Shown one piece after another: positions 26,701 through 39,999 of a stretch of 64,000 nucleotides of DNA (the first letter of the stretch is position 1; every line of letters starts with the position of its first letter). The notes beneath the pieces were generated by a model. That model saw nothing but the letters and a program-made list of their open reading frames with translations, made no database searches and was not told where the DNA came from. The translations under genes and the position numbers were made by a program. The stretch comes from Azolla caroliniana (Eukaryota; Plantae; Polypodiophyta), in assembly GCA_043228905.1 (NCBI GenBank), contig JBHGNT010000018.1, positions 7,130,001 through 7,194,000 of the forward strand, in the 5' to 3' direction.

Positions 26701-28879
26701 AGAGAGCGAGAGAGGAATGTAGCTTAGTTGGTAAGGTTATCTGATGGAGACAAAATTTAAGGATTGTGTTTAACTCCTACATTCCACATTGGCATCTAAT
26801 AAATTAAGAGAATGTGTATGGAGTAATAGTATTAGCAGTCTAACAACATACCACTAGGGTAAGCTAATTACGGAAAGAGAGTGAGGGAGTGTAACATTTG
26901 ATTAGTTGGGGTAAAATATACCCTTGATGTATTGTTCAAGGGTAATAACATCAATGAACCATAACAAAATGTGCTTGATCTCAAACTAAAAGTATGAAGA
27001 GCTTACGATCATGAACCAACTTCACGCAAATATTGTACAACATCAAACCCATCTATGTGAGACTTAAACATGTCAATTATCATTGTAAAGTTGAATACTT
27101 ACTACTACATCATCATGTTAGAAATTTGAAATTGATATGTCCAAAATCTATGACTCGATAATTTCTATAGCCATATTGCTTCCATGTTATTAGCGTGCAA
27201 TCCTTTTGTTTTACATGTTGAGGTCCTTAACACCTAGGCATCACAATTTGTGCATACGCATGAGAACACATACATAACAAACATAGTGGGTATATATATA
27301 AAGCAAATGCTAGAAAATTGTTGTGTCCCATGGATATCTTCATATAGGAACATAGACAAAGGTAAAGTTGTGAGCACAAAGGTGATAGATATATTCCACG
27401 CCAAATTGCTATATAATGCATATATATCGAGATTCTTTGGATGTTCCTTTTGGGTGTTCCTTGCTCATGTAACATTAAAATAGAAGAATAATGATAATGA
27501 GTGACAATTTTGACACTTTATGTGTATCCTCTTTTCTCCGCCGATCTTTGAGAAACAGAAATAATTGCAACATCAAGAAAAGCAACTTAACAAAATAATA
27601 CACCTTTTTTGAATGCACGTAGAGGATCTTGGGGTATATTTTCTAAATCCATCTAATCTAAATGTATTTCCATATACAAGACTTCTAATGTTAGAAACAC
27701 CGTTTTTTTCATAACTCTCAAAAATCTAGGTTCACATTTATTGTTAGGACATTGCACAAAAAATGGGGTCGAAATCTCAAAATGGACTAGAGATCATTTC
27801 TTATTTTTATATATGTTTGGCAATTTACAATGAATCGAGCCTCAATTCTCAAAGTTTAGGTTCACAATTTTTAGTGTCGAGAAATTTTGAGAAAGGTATG
27901 GGGCAAACAATGATGAAAAATGGCTACACTGGTTTGGCGATTTACTTCATATGGTATTGTCAAAGAGCTAATGGGTTATTGGGCATTTGAATAACCATTT
28001 TAGCAATCAATTTACAACACGAGTTTGTAAAGAGTTTTCAAATCTTCAGTTTTATTTCCTGACATCTTGTAACTACATGTGGTCTTCGGTTTTGAACGAA
28101 TTCATGTTCTTTAAACCACAAATCTGACAATCTTTCTATGAGTGTCTAAGGCTAACATGATGATGCGGTAGACGATTGCCATTTATTTTGTTTAAGTTCT
28201 TTGAAGACCACGTTGACTATTGGGCACTTTGCGTATTAATGTGGGAGTTCGTGTTATATTGAGGGTTCCGATAGCAATATAAGACATTGATGTAAAGAAA
28301 AGAAGGTAGATGAATTTTCTTTCAAACTACCCACATACTTTGGCAGACAAGGTAAAAAGTTGGAAGTTGTGTGACCAGAGTCCAAATAATAATAATAATA
28401 ATAATAATAACAACATCATCATCATCATCATCATCATCATCGTGGTGAGAAATGCTAAGAAACAACATGAATCTATGCTCAAAAAACCTATGTGCACCCA
28501 ATCATTAATAGCTATAACATCTCTAGCAAAAGGTTCGTGTGTTCATAACTCATGATGCTCATATACGGAGGTAATGAAGTGAAATAAATGTACTAAACCA
28601 GAAGTTCACAATTCAGGCGGGTTCAAAGGAATAGTTTGTTTTGATGAAGCAAGATCAACCCGCTACTTTCATCGGCCCCTTCCAGGGGTTCGCTCCTAAA
28701 CTCACAACTCACCTCGAACTGTCAAGGGTGGCAAGAACAAAGGGTTACTATGCTAAAGTGTAGAACCAGCTGCTTTCGAACCATGCTAGTAAAAGAAAAG
28801 AGAGAAACCCAAACCTCGTGGCTCCTCTAGCCAACGTGATAACAGGGTTGAGGCCCTATTGATACATGTAGGTGTTCTC

Positions 28880-30102
28880 TACTATCTTTCATGTGGACCC
28901 AATTAGAGAGACCTTTGGTGACGTTGTTATCACGTCAACTCCGAAGCAAATCGACAGTACCACATGACATTATTAGAGCAGAGTTTAGTTTGCCCCCGAT
29001 GTTAGTAGAAGCACTTTTCCAAGTGGTTGTTTTTATTCATCGGATACATAGCCAACCACAAGATAGGATATCCCGTCAAGCTTTTGAGGCATCCCGATCC
29101 CTATATGCGTCCGGAGACACTAGCTCTTGGTATAGCACTATCGTGAGTTGGTTACTTGCAAATGGTATAGACATTAATAACCTACCTCCCCTTAAGTACA
29201 ACCATGGGACTTATCAAACGTTAATCTCTCATGAAGATCGTAATAAAGTAATACGCCAAAAAATATGGCAAATTTACATCCAATTTTAATGGATCACCCC
29301 ATGAGAGCCACTCCCATCTAAAATGTTGTAATAAAGGAGCACTTCTTGCACTTCTCTAAGTTAGGTTTTATTACACGACCAAAATATCTAGATACATTCT
29401 TATCAAATGCACCAAGGGTGGCCATTGGACAACTTAGGATATCATCTCACCAACTTGAGATTGAGAATGGTCGTGCTAATAGAGTTCCTAGAGAGGAAAG
29501 GCTATGTAGGTTATGTCACATAGAGATAGGGGATGAGTATCACTTTACATGCAAGTGTCCAACTTATACCGAGATAAGGGCGGAATACCAAGACATACTA
29601 GGACCCTCTCCCACCCTCTCCAAACTATTAGATACCCTGGATATAAAGAGACTAGGTAGGTATATCTTAGAGCTAAAACAACATACGGAGAATAAATTAC
29701 AAAGTGTTAACCATAACCCTTTTAGTATTCACCAATAACTAATGTAACTAATGTAATTTTTCAGGAACAAGGGGAGACGATGAATGTGGACATACCTACA
29801 CTACCTACACTGCCTCGAAAGCTATGGTTGGGGTACCTTTTACATTGGGACCACGGGCCACATCCACATCGAAACCCTTTGACCTCCCGTATATTTTCGA
29901 GAGACTTGGATGGAAATGAAACTCGGCCTAGTATAAAGCCATTTCCTTATGGAACATGTTTTTATTTTACTAGAACGGTTTAGCTTAAGCTCTATTTTAT
30001 TTTTATTTTTATTTTTGATGAATGGGTAAAATACCCCATTTTTTTTTTGTTGTAAACCAATTGTCTCAGGGGCCTGAGAAGACGTTAATATATCTTTCTT
30101 TC
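28880..30102 (+). mobile_element. 5'-truncated LINE ORF2 C-terminus and 3' UTR
   Basis: LRISSHQLEIENGR...ERLCRLCHIEIGDEYHFTCKCPTY..IR; in-frame stops at ~29287-29332; tail GAAGACGTTAATATATC(TTTC)n. Confidence 0.88.
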
Positions 30103-30195
30103 TAGGGCGGACATGGAAACATATCATTGTTGTGTGCCATGCGATATCTCGCTAGGTGAGGCGGGGCAAAACCCTAAAGTTTGGCCTAAGAAACT

Positions 30196-30560
30196 ACATA
30201 TATACATACATACAAATACATGCATACATGCATACATATGTACATACATACATACATACATACATACATACATACATACATACATACATACATACAAATA
30301 CATGCATACATGCATACATACATACATACATACATACATACAAATACATGCATACATGCATACATATGTACATACATACATGCATACATACATACATGCA
30401 TACATATGTACGTACATACATACTGATACATGCATACATACACATACTGATACATACATGCATACATACTTACATACATTATACATGCATACATATACAC
30501 ATATACATATACCATCACCATCACCATCACCATCACCATCTCACCATCACCATCACCATC
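30196..30560. repeat. (TACA)n compound microsatellite plus (ACCATC)n upstream of SHMT
   Basis: Directly visible tetranucleotide and hexanucleotide arrays. Confidence 0.95.
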
Positions 30561-30647
30561 TTCTCTGTCTCTGTCTGTGTCAAAAGCTTCTTCTTCCATC
30601 TTCACACACACATATCTCCATCTCCTGAGTCCTCCTTCCTTCCTTGC

Positions 30648-30681
<34 letters not shown>

Positions 30682-30719
30682 TTTTATTTTTTGCAGGGTT
30701 CCTCTCTGTCTCTCTCTCC

Positions 30720-31133
30720 ATGGCCATGCCATCCTTTTCTCTCCTCCTCCGTCGATCTCATCGCCTTCCTCCTCGCACCTCTGCGTCTTCTATACCTTAC
30801 ACCAGGCAATTCACGGTAAACACCAAAAAACAAACAAACAAAAAAAAAAACGAAAGATTAACAAAAATGAAAGCATCACCATGCCATGCCATGCCGCTTT
30901 TTTAATCCTTCGCTCCTCCTCTTGATCGTTATCACCCGATTTTGTCCTTGTCACTTCTAATCATTGCCTCCAATTTCTTCTTCTTCTTCTTCTGTTTTTC
31001 TTAGTCTGCTCTTGTTGACGAACCTTGTAATGGAAGCCCGAAGGAGAAGCCACATATCAAGGTAAATGCCATAGCTCAAAACTCTCGTTCGTTCAACACA
31101 TTTTTCATTCTCAGTCTGAGGATACAGACAGAC

Positions 31134-31172
<39 letters not shown>

Positions 31173-34100
31173 CTGAATCTTCTATTCAGATATATTAAAG
31201 AAGATAGATGTGTTACCAATATTCTTTCTTCTTTTTGAGAGATCCGTCATCGTCAGGATTCAGACTGCATTCTAAGGCACTTCACTTCTATTGATTCAGA
31301 TCCATCTCACTAAAACATTCATGAAAAACCTCTGATAATTATGGCACCAAGGTGAGGAATTATTCTTCCTCAAATGGAAGATTTTGAATATGCACATATA
31401 TATATACACCCATATATTTCAATGTACTTGGCAGTCAAAATCCTTAATTTCGAGGCTTCTTCACCATTTCAGATCCACTATACATACATACATACATACA
31501 TACACGCATATAAAATTCCTGATGCTGTTTTCAATGAGCTTTACATAGCGTATGCACATATCAGCTTCGTATGCCAAATCGAATTGATGTGGTTATTTTG
31601 CTCGTTCCGTCTGGTTCAAGAAAGGGCAAAGCTTGTAATAATTCATAGGATTAGATGTTGTTCAGTTAAAATGTTTCCTTTTGGTTCGACCCCATAGGCT
31701 TGCGCTTTCGCGTCTTTCAATCTATTGAACCATTGATGCTTTGGAATGTGATGTTAGTCATTAATTACCTTGTGCTGTTACCAATTTATTCTCTTTCATG
31801 CCAGTCTTATTTTAAGCTTTTTAGTTTTATTCATATCTTTATGAATCGGCACAGTGTTGGTACAATCTTACATCTTTATGGGGTCTGTCATAATTTTTTC
31901 CCATCCAGCCGATATCCTCTTAATTTTAACAAATCTGGAATTGGGAAGCTGTACTTTAATTGCCGGTTAGGCTGTTTTGTAATATTTTAATTCTTTTGCA
32001 GTGGCCCAAGCAGCTCAATACTCCACTGGAAGAGATTGATCCCGAAATTACGAATATAATTGAGCTTGAAAAAAATCGCCAATGGAAGGTATGTGGAAAT
32101 TCTTTGTAAACTCTCACAATTTCGGAAATGTTTTGTGGACATGAGCACTTCTGATGTACTAACTTTAGAGCCAATACTCAAATCACCTGATGCAATATAT
32201 TACAAACTTTGCAGTTAAGTCTTAATTTGGAGCACTGATATTGAATGGTTTGGTGCATTTGATATCCTCTCAAGCATTTATGCGTGTGATAATCGAGCAA
32301 TTTTATAGTCAAAACCTGGACTCTTGAGAATCTCCTAACTAACCTGCCTGCTGCTGAAAACCCTATTATCACAAGTTATAACGATTCTCAGGATATTTTA
32401 GAACTGATAGAGAATGTATTACAAAGCTATAAATTTGGAGCAGTGAACCACAGATAAAAAACCCCCTAAACATTTAAAATAAATTGGAACATTGATCAAA
32501 AACCCCAACTTCTAATCAGAAAACATCAAATCGGAAATCCTATTTTCTGATCAGAAATAACAAATCGGAACCCTACTTGCGGAATCAGAAAACATTAATT
32601 CAGAAACCCCTTTTAATCAGAAACCTAAATTTCTGATTAAAAAATTTCCGGTCATCTAACCATAACCATAAACCATAATTTATGGTGAAAAAAACAGATC
32701 CGAAAATCCTAATTTCTGATCATCCAACCATAAGCATAAACCTTAATGTATGATGAAAAAAGCAGATCAGGAAAGCCTAATTTTTTATCATCCAACCATA
32801 ACCATAAACCTAATTTCTGTGATCATGGAGGACAAACATGGTAAAGATTGGTGCTCTCTCATGAGACATTTTTCGTTTCTCCTAATTGGACCCTCCAAAT
32901 CTATTTCAAACGCTCATTTGGCTGCTGCAATACTAAGAGTAAACGTTTTTCTTTTTCCCAGTCTAGAAGGACGTGTTATGTTAAAATTTATAGTTTTTTT
33001 GGCTATATTATGATCATTTGAATAATTCTTTGCAGGGTTTGGAGCTCATTCCTTCCGAAAATTTCACTTCCTTATCTGTCATGCAAGCTGTTGGATCTAT
33101 AATGACCAATAAATATAGCGAAGGCTATCCTGGAGCACGTTATTATGGAGGAAATGAGTAAGTAGTGATTCAAGTTTATTACACAAGGTTGAGGGATTAT
33201 TCTATATCTTTTCATGCAGTCTTATTTTACATTTTGCAGATTTATTGATATGGCAGAGTCGTTATGCCAAAAACGAGCATTAGAGGCGTTCCATCTTGAT
33301 CCAGCTAAATGGGGAGGTATCTACACTTTCGCTAATCAAATTGCGTTTGACTGAGAGTTCTCTGTGAGCATCAATGTTGGGTAGCTTGTGCTTATAATTG
33401 TCATAAGAGCAAACCAATCTCTGGCAAACTTGATTATTTCTGTTTACTTAATTTTGGATTTTCACCGTTTCAGCACCAGTGATATAGAAAAGTGTAAAGA
33501 ATTATGTGCGGATGTGTTTGGGACTCTCGTGTCACTATTTTCATGCATTTTGTGCGGTTTATAACTTCATGGAAGTGTTATATATATCTGCATTTTCCTG
33601 ATTGTTGGTGAAGCTTCCACTTATATTTTTCTATAACCTGAGCACACAAGTTTCTCAGTGACTGTTTTTTCTAATGCAAGATACATAGTAATCTTTGTAA
33701 CTTACTTTTCTCATGTAAGGTAGAAAACCAAGGGCGTGTTACACATAAGACCTCTTTGATGCTAGTATTCTTGATCATATTTCAGTGAATGTACAATCAT
33801 TATCGGGATCCCCATCAAATTTTCAAGTGTACACGGCATTACTCAAGCCCCATGAACGGATAATGGCTTTGGATCTGCCACATGGTGGCCATCTCTCACA
33901 TGGATACCAAGTTTGTCTCTATCTCTATACAGTCAAAAAGTTGTCTATTATACTCCTCCAGAGAAACTTTTAGTAAAATCTTAAAATAAAGATAGCATAG
34001 GATTATGCTGCATCTGGTTTCATAGGTTCACTTGTTCCCCGCTGTTGGTTTTGAACCTACATCATACTAATCATGGCATCTTATGCAGACTGACACAAAA

Positions 34101-36343
34101 AAGATATCTGCGGTTTCAATATTTTTTGAAACTATGCCATACCGATTGAATGAAGAGACTGGATACATAGACTATGATCAGGTATTTCTTTTCTTATCTT
34201 TTCATATGCATTGTGAGTGTCATAGATATTGTACCTCACATGTATTTTCTGATTATTAATATCTGATAAAACAATCCTATTAATGCAGCTGGAAAAATCT
34301 GCAGCATTATTTAGGCCAAAGCTTATAGTTGCAGGTGCAAGTGCATACTCCCGCCATTATGATTATGCTAGGATGCGTAAGGTAATTGTATGTCTGATGT
34401 CTTCTCTGTGTAAGCTGTTATAAGGAAATCTTTTCGACATCCATTTCAAAAGGTATTTTTCTGGAATGTAGGTATGTGACAAGCAAAAGGCTGTTCTTTT
34501 GGCTGACATGGCACACATCAGTGGTCTAGTTGCTGCGAATGTGATTCCTAGTCCATTTGAATTTGCGGATGTTGTAACAACAACTACCCATAAGTCATTA
34601 CGGGGTCCCCGTGGAGCAATGATATTTTTCCGAAAGGGTTTGAAAGAAGTGAACAAACAAGGACAAGAGGTAATGTTAAAGACCTGATTATAACTAGAAA
34701 ACAGCTTAGAAATACCATGAATTTTCTTTACTTCCCCCAATGCCCATGTATTTTTTATCTTATTTCCCCAAATACCTCTAATGTTTCGCTATTCCTTGAA
34801 ACATTATACTTAGAAGGAAAACGTTATGTGTGCTATCTGCGAAATTATATATCAATCCATCCCTTTTTCTCTCCGCTGGGTGTTGACCAAGATTGTTCAG
34901 AACTTCTGAAATCTCAGGGCCCTTCGGAAAATAAAGAATAAGTCACGGATATTTCTGAGTTTTTCCTTTACATCTAATAGGGTCTCGATTAGATATTTTC
35001 ATATAACTAATAGGTTTATATGCCAGATTATGTACGATTATGAGGATAAAATCAATGCTGCTGTTTTCCCTGGGCTTCAAGGAGGTCCTCACAATCACAC
35101 GATTACTGGACTTGCAGTTGCTTTGAAGCAGGTATGATTGAATATTACATCAATCAGGAATTTTATTTGTGCTTACATAATAAAATTCATGTAAAGTTAG
35201 AAATGAGAGTTTGAATTCTCACCTCCTTGAGGAAAAAATTTGATTCCAGGCGATTTCACCTGAGTTCAGAGCCTACCAAGAACAAGTGTTGAAGAACAGT
35301 AGCCGATTTGCCAATGTATGTATTCATCTTTGCAGACATTGTTTCCTCATTGAATGCCATGAGATCTTTATTGGACAAATGTGCAAATATACCCATCTCT
35401 CTCTCTCTCTCTCTCAATCCGATTCTCTGAAGTAACCCCAAAATCCTAGTTTTATTGGCCGAAGGTTGTGTATTAGTTTTATTAACCAAAGGTTATGTAC
35501 CATATTTCATACAATTAGAGGGGCATTTTTTGTATTTTTCCTTCTTTATGGTTATTTAATTGTATGGAGTTGTCTTTTACAGGCTTTGGTTGCCAAAGGA
35601 TATGATCTAGTCTCGGGGGGAACAGATAATCACTTGGTTCTTGTTAATCTCAAGTCTAAGGTACTTACTGCCAGATTTTCCATGTCTTTGGCGTTGTGAT
35701 TTTTTTTTCATTCTTCCCTACTGAATGTGACAACAGGGCATAGATGGTTCAAGGGTTGAACGAGTGATGGAATTATGTCATATAGCTGCCAATAAGAATA
35801 CAGTTCCTGGGGATGTCTCTGCTATGGTTCCAGGAGGCATTCGGATGGGTATGAACATATTAGTCTTCTTTTATATGTTTCTCGATATTTCTACAAAATA
35901 TCAAGTTGTTATCAAATATTGGGGCCTATGCAGTCAAGAACCATAACATTGTATGACATTGCTTCAGATCTGAACGATCTTATATTTTGAAACTCCAGGA
36001 ACTCCGGCCCTTACATCACGAGGTTTCACAGAGGAGGATTTTGAAAAGGTGGCTGAATTTTTTGACAGTGCTGTACAAATCGCTTTGAAGATCAAAGGAG
36101 ACACGAAAGGTGAAAATATCTTTTCATTATGCTTATTGGTTAATGCTAGTTAAGGCCCAGGGTTTGTGATTTATAACCATGATCTGTATAATATCAATGC
36201 TAGGCACCAAGCTCAAGGATTTCAATGCAACAATTGCGAATTTCCAACCTGATATTGAAGCTTTACGCCGGGAAGTAGAAGAGTATGCCAAACAATTCCC
36301 AACCATCGGATTCGAGAAGACATCCATGAAATACAAAGACTAA
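30720..36343 (+). CDS. SHMT: Serine hydroxymethyltransferase, mitochondrial SHM1/2 type. Exons 30720-30815, 31005-31061, 32002-32088, 33036-33157, 33240-33316, 33786-33910, 34089-34181, 34289-34381, 34472-34669, 35027-35131, 35250-35315, 35583-35660, 35737-35848, 35999-36109, 36204-36343
   Basis: R/S-rich transit peptide [53 protein letters not shown]-lysine motif [49 protein letters not shown]. All introns GT-AG and in phase. Confidence 0.97.
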
Positions 36344-37056
36344 ATTGTTAACTCAAATATGAACATTTTGAGAGAAAACAAGATATAAGAGCAAGACCAC
36401 AAATAACAAAGGCCTATGTGTCCTTTACAACTATGTCACATGAGTAGCGAAGAAGAATGGGTGGTTTATGTTATCATTCTTCTAATTGTGATGATGGATG
36501 TATTAACTTCTACCCAAAGAGAAACTATATATACGAGTTCCACAATTATGGAGGTATTCCACATTGCCTTTAAATGGTTTGGTCATGGGCATATTTTAAT
36601 CTTCTGCAAATCTTTGCGTATAAACAATAGCACACTGGCATTCACGTGCCGTTTAAACCCAAATCGTCAGTGAAAAGTAGAAAGAGCTTTTAACCTAGGC
36701 CGTATAGAGTAGAAATGGGAAAAGCATACTTTACATCCAGTTGGTATGTTGGTCAAATTTGAACTGTGGAAGTTGAAGGAATACCCTAATCATGCAAGTT
36801 GTAGACAAACCAACACCAATATTGTGAAGCTTAGGCACCTGAAGTGCAATTCCACTACTTAACGTATGTTATGTTCCTGCACTTGTTTGTGCTTGAACAT
36901 ATTGCCCTTTCTCTTTCAACGGCTTAGTCTTGTGCTGTGTTTTTCTGCACTTTGTCTTGGGCAAAACATTGTTTCATGGACCTATGTTTGTTGCATCTCA
37001 TAGTCCTTTTGTATCTACACTCCTCCACGGAACCCAACACTATCTGCTTGCATTGC

Positions 37057-37558
37057 TTATAGTTCATCTCTTCCATGGCTGAATGTGTAGGAGACCGTTT
37101 GGTTGACTGCAAACCCGAAGGTTTTAACTCTTGGTGGCTTTTTGACATTGTAATTCCATGCCATGTCCTTGTGTAGTAGATTTTTGGCATTTTCCATTGA
37201 AAAGATTTGGTTTTTTGCCCTTCTCTTCCCATTTAGAAAAGAATGTAGAATCTGTTTTAGATTTATTCTAATCTCTGAGAGTAGTGTGCACATACACCAA
37301 CTAGACTCCAACCATATGGCTTAATTATGTCTAATCCACATGCTATCAAACTTTGCCATGCCATCAAACTCTTTTCAACATTGAGTAGGAATGTAGACGA
37401 CTTACCTCTCTTTTGAACATCACTTCTTCCGGTGTGAAGACGACAGTGAAGGCTGACTGTGGAGGAGTTGTCGGGGGCGCATCATCAGAGTTCCCCTGGT
37501 GTACTGCGTACCGTGTCAGCCATTCGTTGTCTGTTTTTTCCTCTTCTCGCTTGTACAT
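37057..37558 (-). CDS. Candidate 2-exon orphan gene (37558-37406, 37251-37057; 115 aa)
   Basis: ATG at 37558, strong GAG|GTAAGT donor, CTAAAACAG| acceptor, phase-0 join open to TAA. CT-rich leader. No recognisable domain. Confidence 0.35.
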
Positions 37559-38085
37559 GTGATTTTTAGATCAATCTCAGGAGGAAGAAGAAGCTTCTAC
37601 AGCAGTAGCGATGGTGTAGACGAATGAAGAAGCAGGCAGAGAAAAAAAGTAATATTCATTTGCACCATCGTCTTCACCATAATCGATTCAAAGTCCTCAT
37701 TTTAGGTAGCTATCCTTCCCTATCGCACTTCTCACGTCAAGTTCACCAAATTATGTCGCAAATTTACGTGCATGCATTAACATAATCGTAACCACCGAGA
37801 ACCTAAATTAGCTAGGATGTGTGCCTTGTGGTGTTGATTTCAGAGTGCCCAAGAGAGAGAAGATAGATAGGTAGATTCTATTATCGTCTTCGGAGGTCAA
37901 TGCCAACTTACATTGCTTCATGATGCATCTATAGATTCCTCTATGAATAATACGTTTTTACAATGCTAATGTATCATAACATAGGGAAAATCTGGAGGCT
38001 CACACTTCACACATTATACTACATATGATGCACCTAATTACAAAACCATGTTCTTTACCAAATGAGGAAATTACACACATCAATA

Positions 38086-38631
38086 GTAATGGGCATGGTT
38101 CAGTTTCGGTTCGGTTTGGTTTCAAGGCAAAGAAACCAAACCAAACCGTTTATAAACTCTCAGTATTTAAACCAACCATTTAAGAAAAAGTAAAAACAAA
38201 ACTGTTTATGGAAAAGTTGAAACCAAACCGAACCATTTAATAAAAATATTTAACCTAACCACTTAAGTCAAACTAGTTAAACATCTAAAGTAACAAAAAT
38301 ACATTAATTTAAATAAGCATTTAAGTTAAATTTATTAAATCAATAAAAGAAACTTTAATTGAACCATTAAATTAAATAAACTTTTAAGTTAAATTAATTA
38401 AATCAATAAAAAACCATTAATTAAACCATTACATCAATAAACTATTAAGGTAAAAAAAAAAGTTAACCAAAAACCTTTAAACTAAACCTGTAAACCTATA
38501 AACCCGAGTTTTAGAACCGAAACCGAACCGTTTATCAAGAATCCAAACCATTAAATTTTTTGGGAACCAATAAACCATTAAACCATGGCTTAACGGTTCG
38601 GTTCGGTTTGAGCTAAAACCATGCCCATTGC
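38086..38631. mobile_element. MITE with TA duplication, inserted into a LINE remnant
   Basis: TIR GTAATGGGCATGGTT / AACCATGCCCATTGC flanked by TA on both sides. Excision restores CATCAATACATG, as in the related LINE remnant near 26295-26315. Confidence 0.8.
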
Positions 38632-39339
38632 TACATGTTAGAGCTTATCTTATTGTCTATCATCTTAATGATCGATTGTGAATTGTGATAATTATTAGTA
38701 AAGTTCTTGAATGTCATGAATCACTACCCATTTTTACATTCATTACATATATTTGACCTCCAAAGACAATAATGAAATTTATATATCTATTTATCTCTAA
38801 TTCTTGACCCTCATCCTAAGCCTTTAGCTCAAACCTAAAGCTTTCACCTTAATTGTTTGGACTCTACTTCTTGTATGTGAGTATGGTTGGTTTAACTAGT
38901 CAACAAGAGCGTGTTTTATGTTAATGATTTACCGTATTTCGTTTTAATTAATCTAAGTAAAAGTGATAACATAAGTTCAATATCTTGCATTAACATAGTT
39001 TCTATTATCTTATTGAATGGAAGTGTGAGATTAGAAAGTCGATTCATCCAACAATGGTCGTCCTCTCCCTTTCTTGAGTCAGTGGGCATCCACATATGAT
39101 GGAACCATAGATTGAAATATTCGCATTCGTGGGGCCTGCCACACGAATCCATACGAATAGGAATATGAATACACGTATATATATTCGTTTTCTTCTTTTT
39201 TTTGAAATTAAAAAAAATAAAAAATTGTGTTTTATTTACGAGCGAGTGAACAGTGGCCAACAGGAAGCGAGGACGCCTCACCCTACTCCCTCTGCGTGCT
39301 ACTTACACCCTAGCCTCCCTCTATATCCTATTCTCGGCC

Positions 39340-39955
39340 AGAAATTAGGGTTTCGACCGAAAACCCTAATTTCTGTCATAATCCTAATTTCGACAAAATT
39401 TCTTCTTTTCGGCCTGCGTCATCGACTCCCTCTCATGCTCTACCTAATCCTACATCCTGTTGTCCGCTGCAAATTCAAAGTTTCACTGAAACCCTAAGTT
39501 TTGCCAAAGCCCTAATTAATTAATTATTAATGCATTAATTGATTATTAATTAATTAACTAATATTTTCCAATGAATTAAGATATGTATTTGTAAATTAAT
39601 TAATGTATTAGTGAATCAATTAATGTTTAAGTGAATTAATTAGTTAATAGTAAATTAATTATTATATTAATGAGTTAATTAATTATTGATGTATGTCTGT
39701 GTACACATATATGTATGCGTGTGTCTATATGTATCTATGTATATGTGTGTATATGTATCTATGTATGTGTGTATATATGTATCTATGTATGTGTGTGTAT
39801 GTATATATATGTTTGTGTATGTGTGTATATATATATGTGTATGTATGTATGTGTGTATATGTATATGTAAACGAATGGTTTTATAATATTCTTAGGGCCA
39901 TTTTCTATTCTCGAATACCATGAATATTACGGATGTCAAATCTCAAGAATATCAC
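39340..39955 (+). repeat. Dispersed non-coding repeat, copy 2
   Basis: Collinear with 12715-13295. Confidence 0.85.
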
Positions 39956-39999
39956 GCATGGGTCAATCTATGGATGGAACTATTGCGTCCCTACAGGGA

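Noticed and set aside
30113-30700. His/Tyr/Thr-rich and Met/Tyr/Val/Cys-rich ORFs
   Set aside because: Translations of (TACA)n microsatellite; the real SHMT start is 30720. The same applies to ORFs at 10199-10796, 13055-13327, 39686-39923 and 56095-56328.
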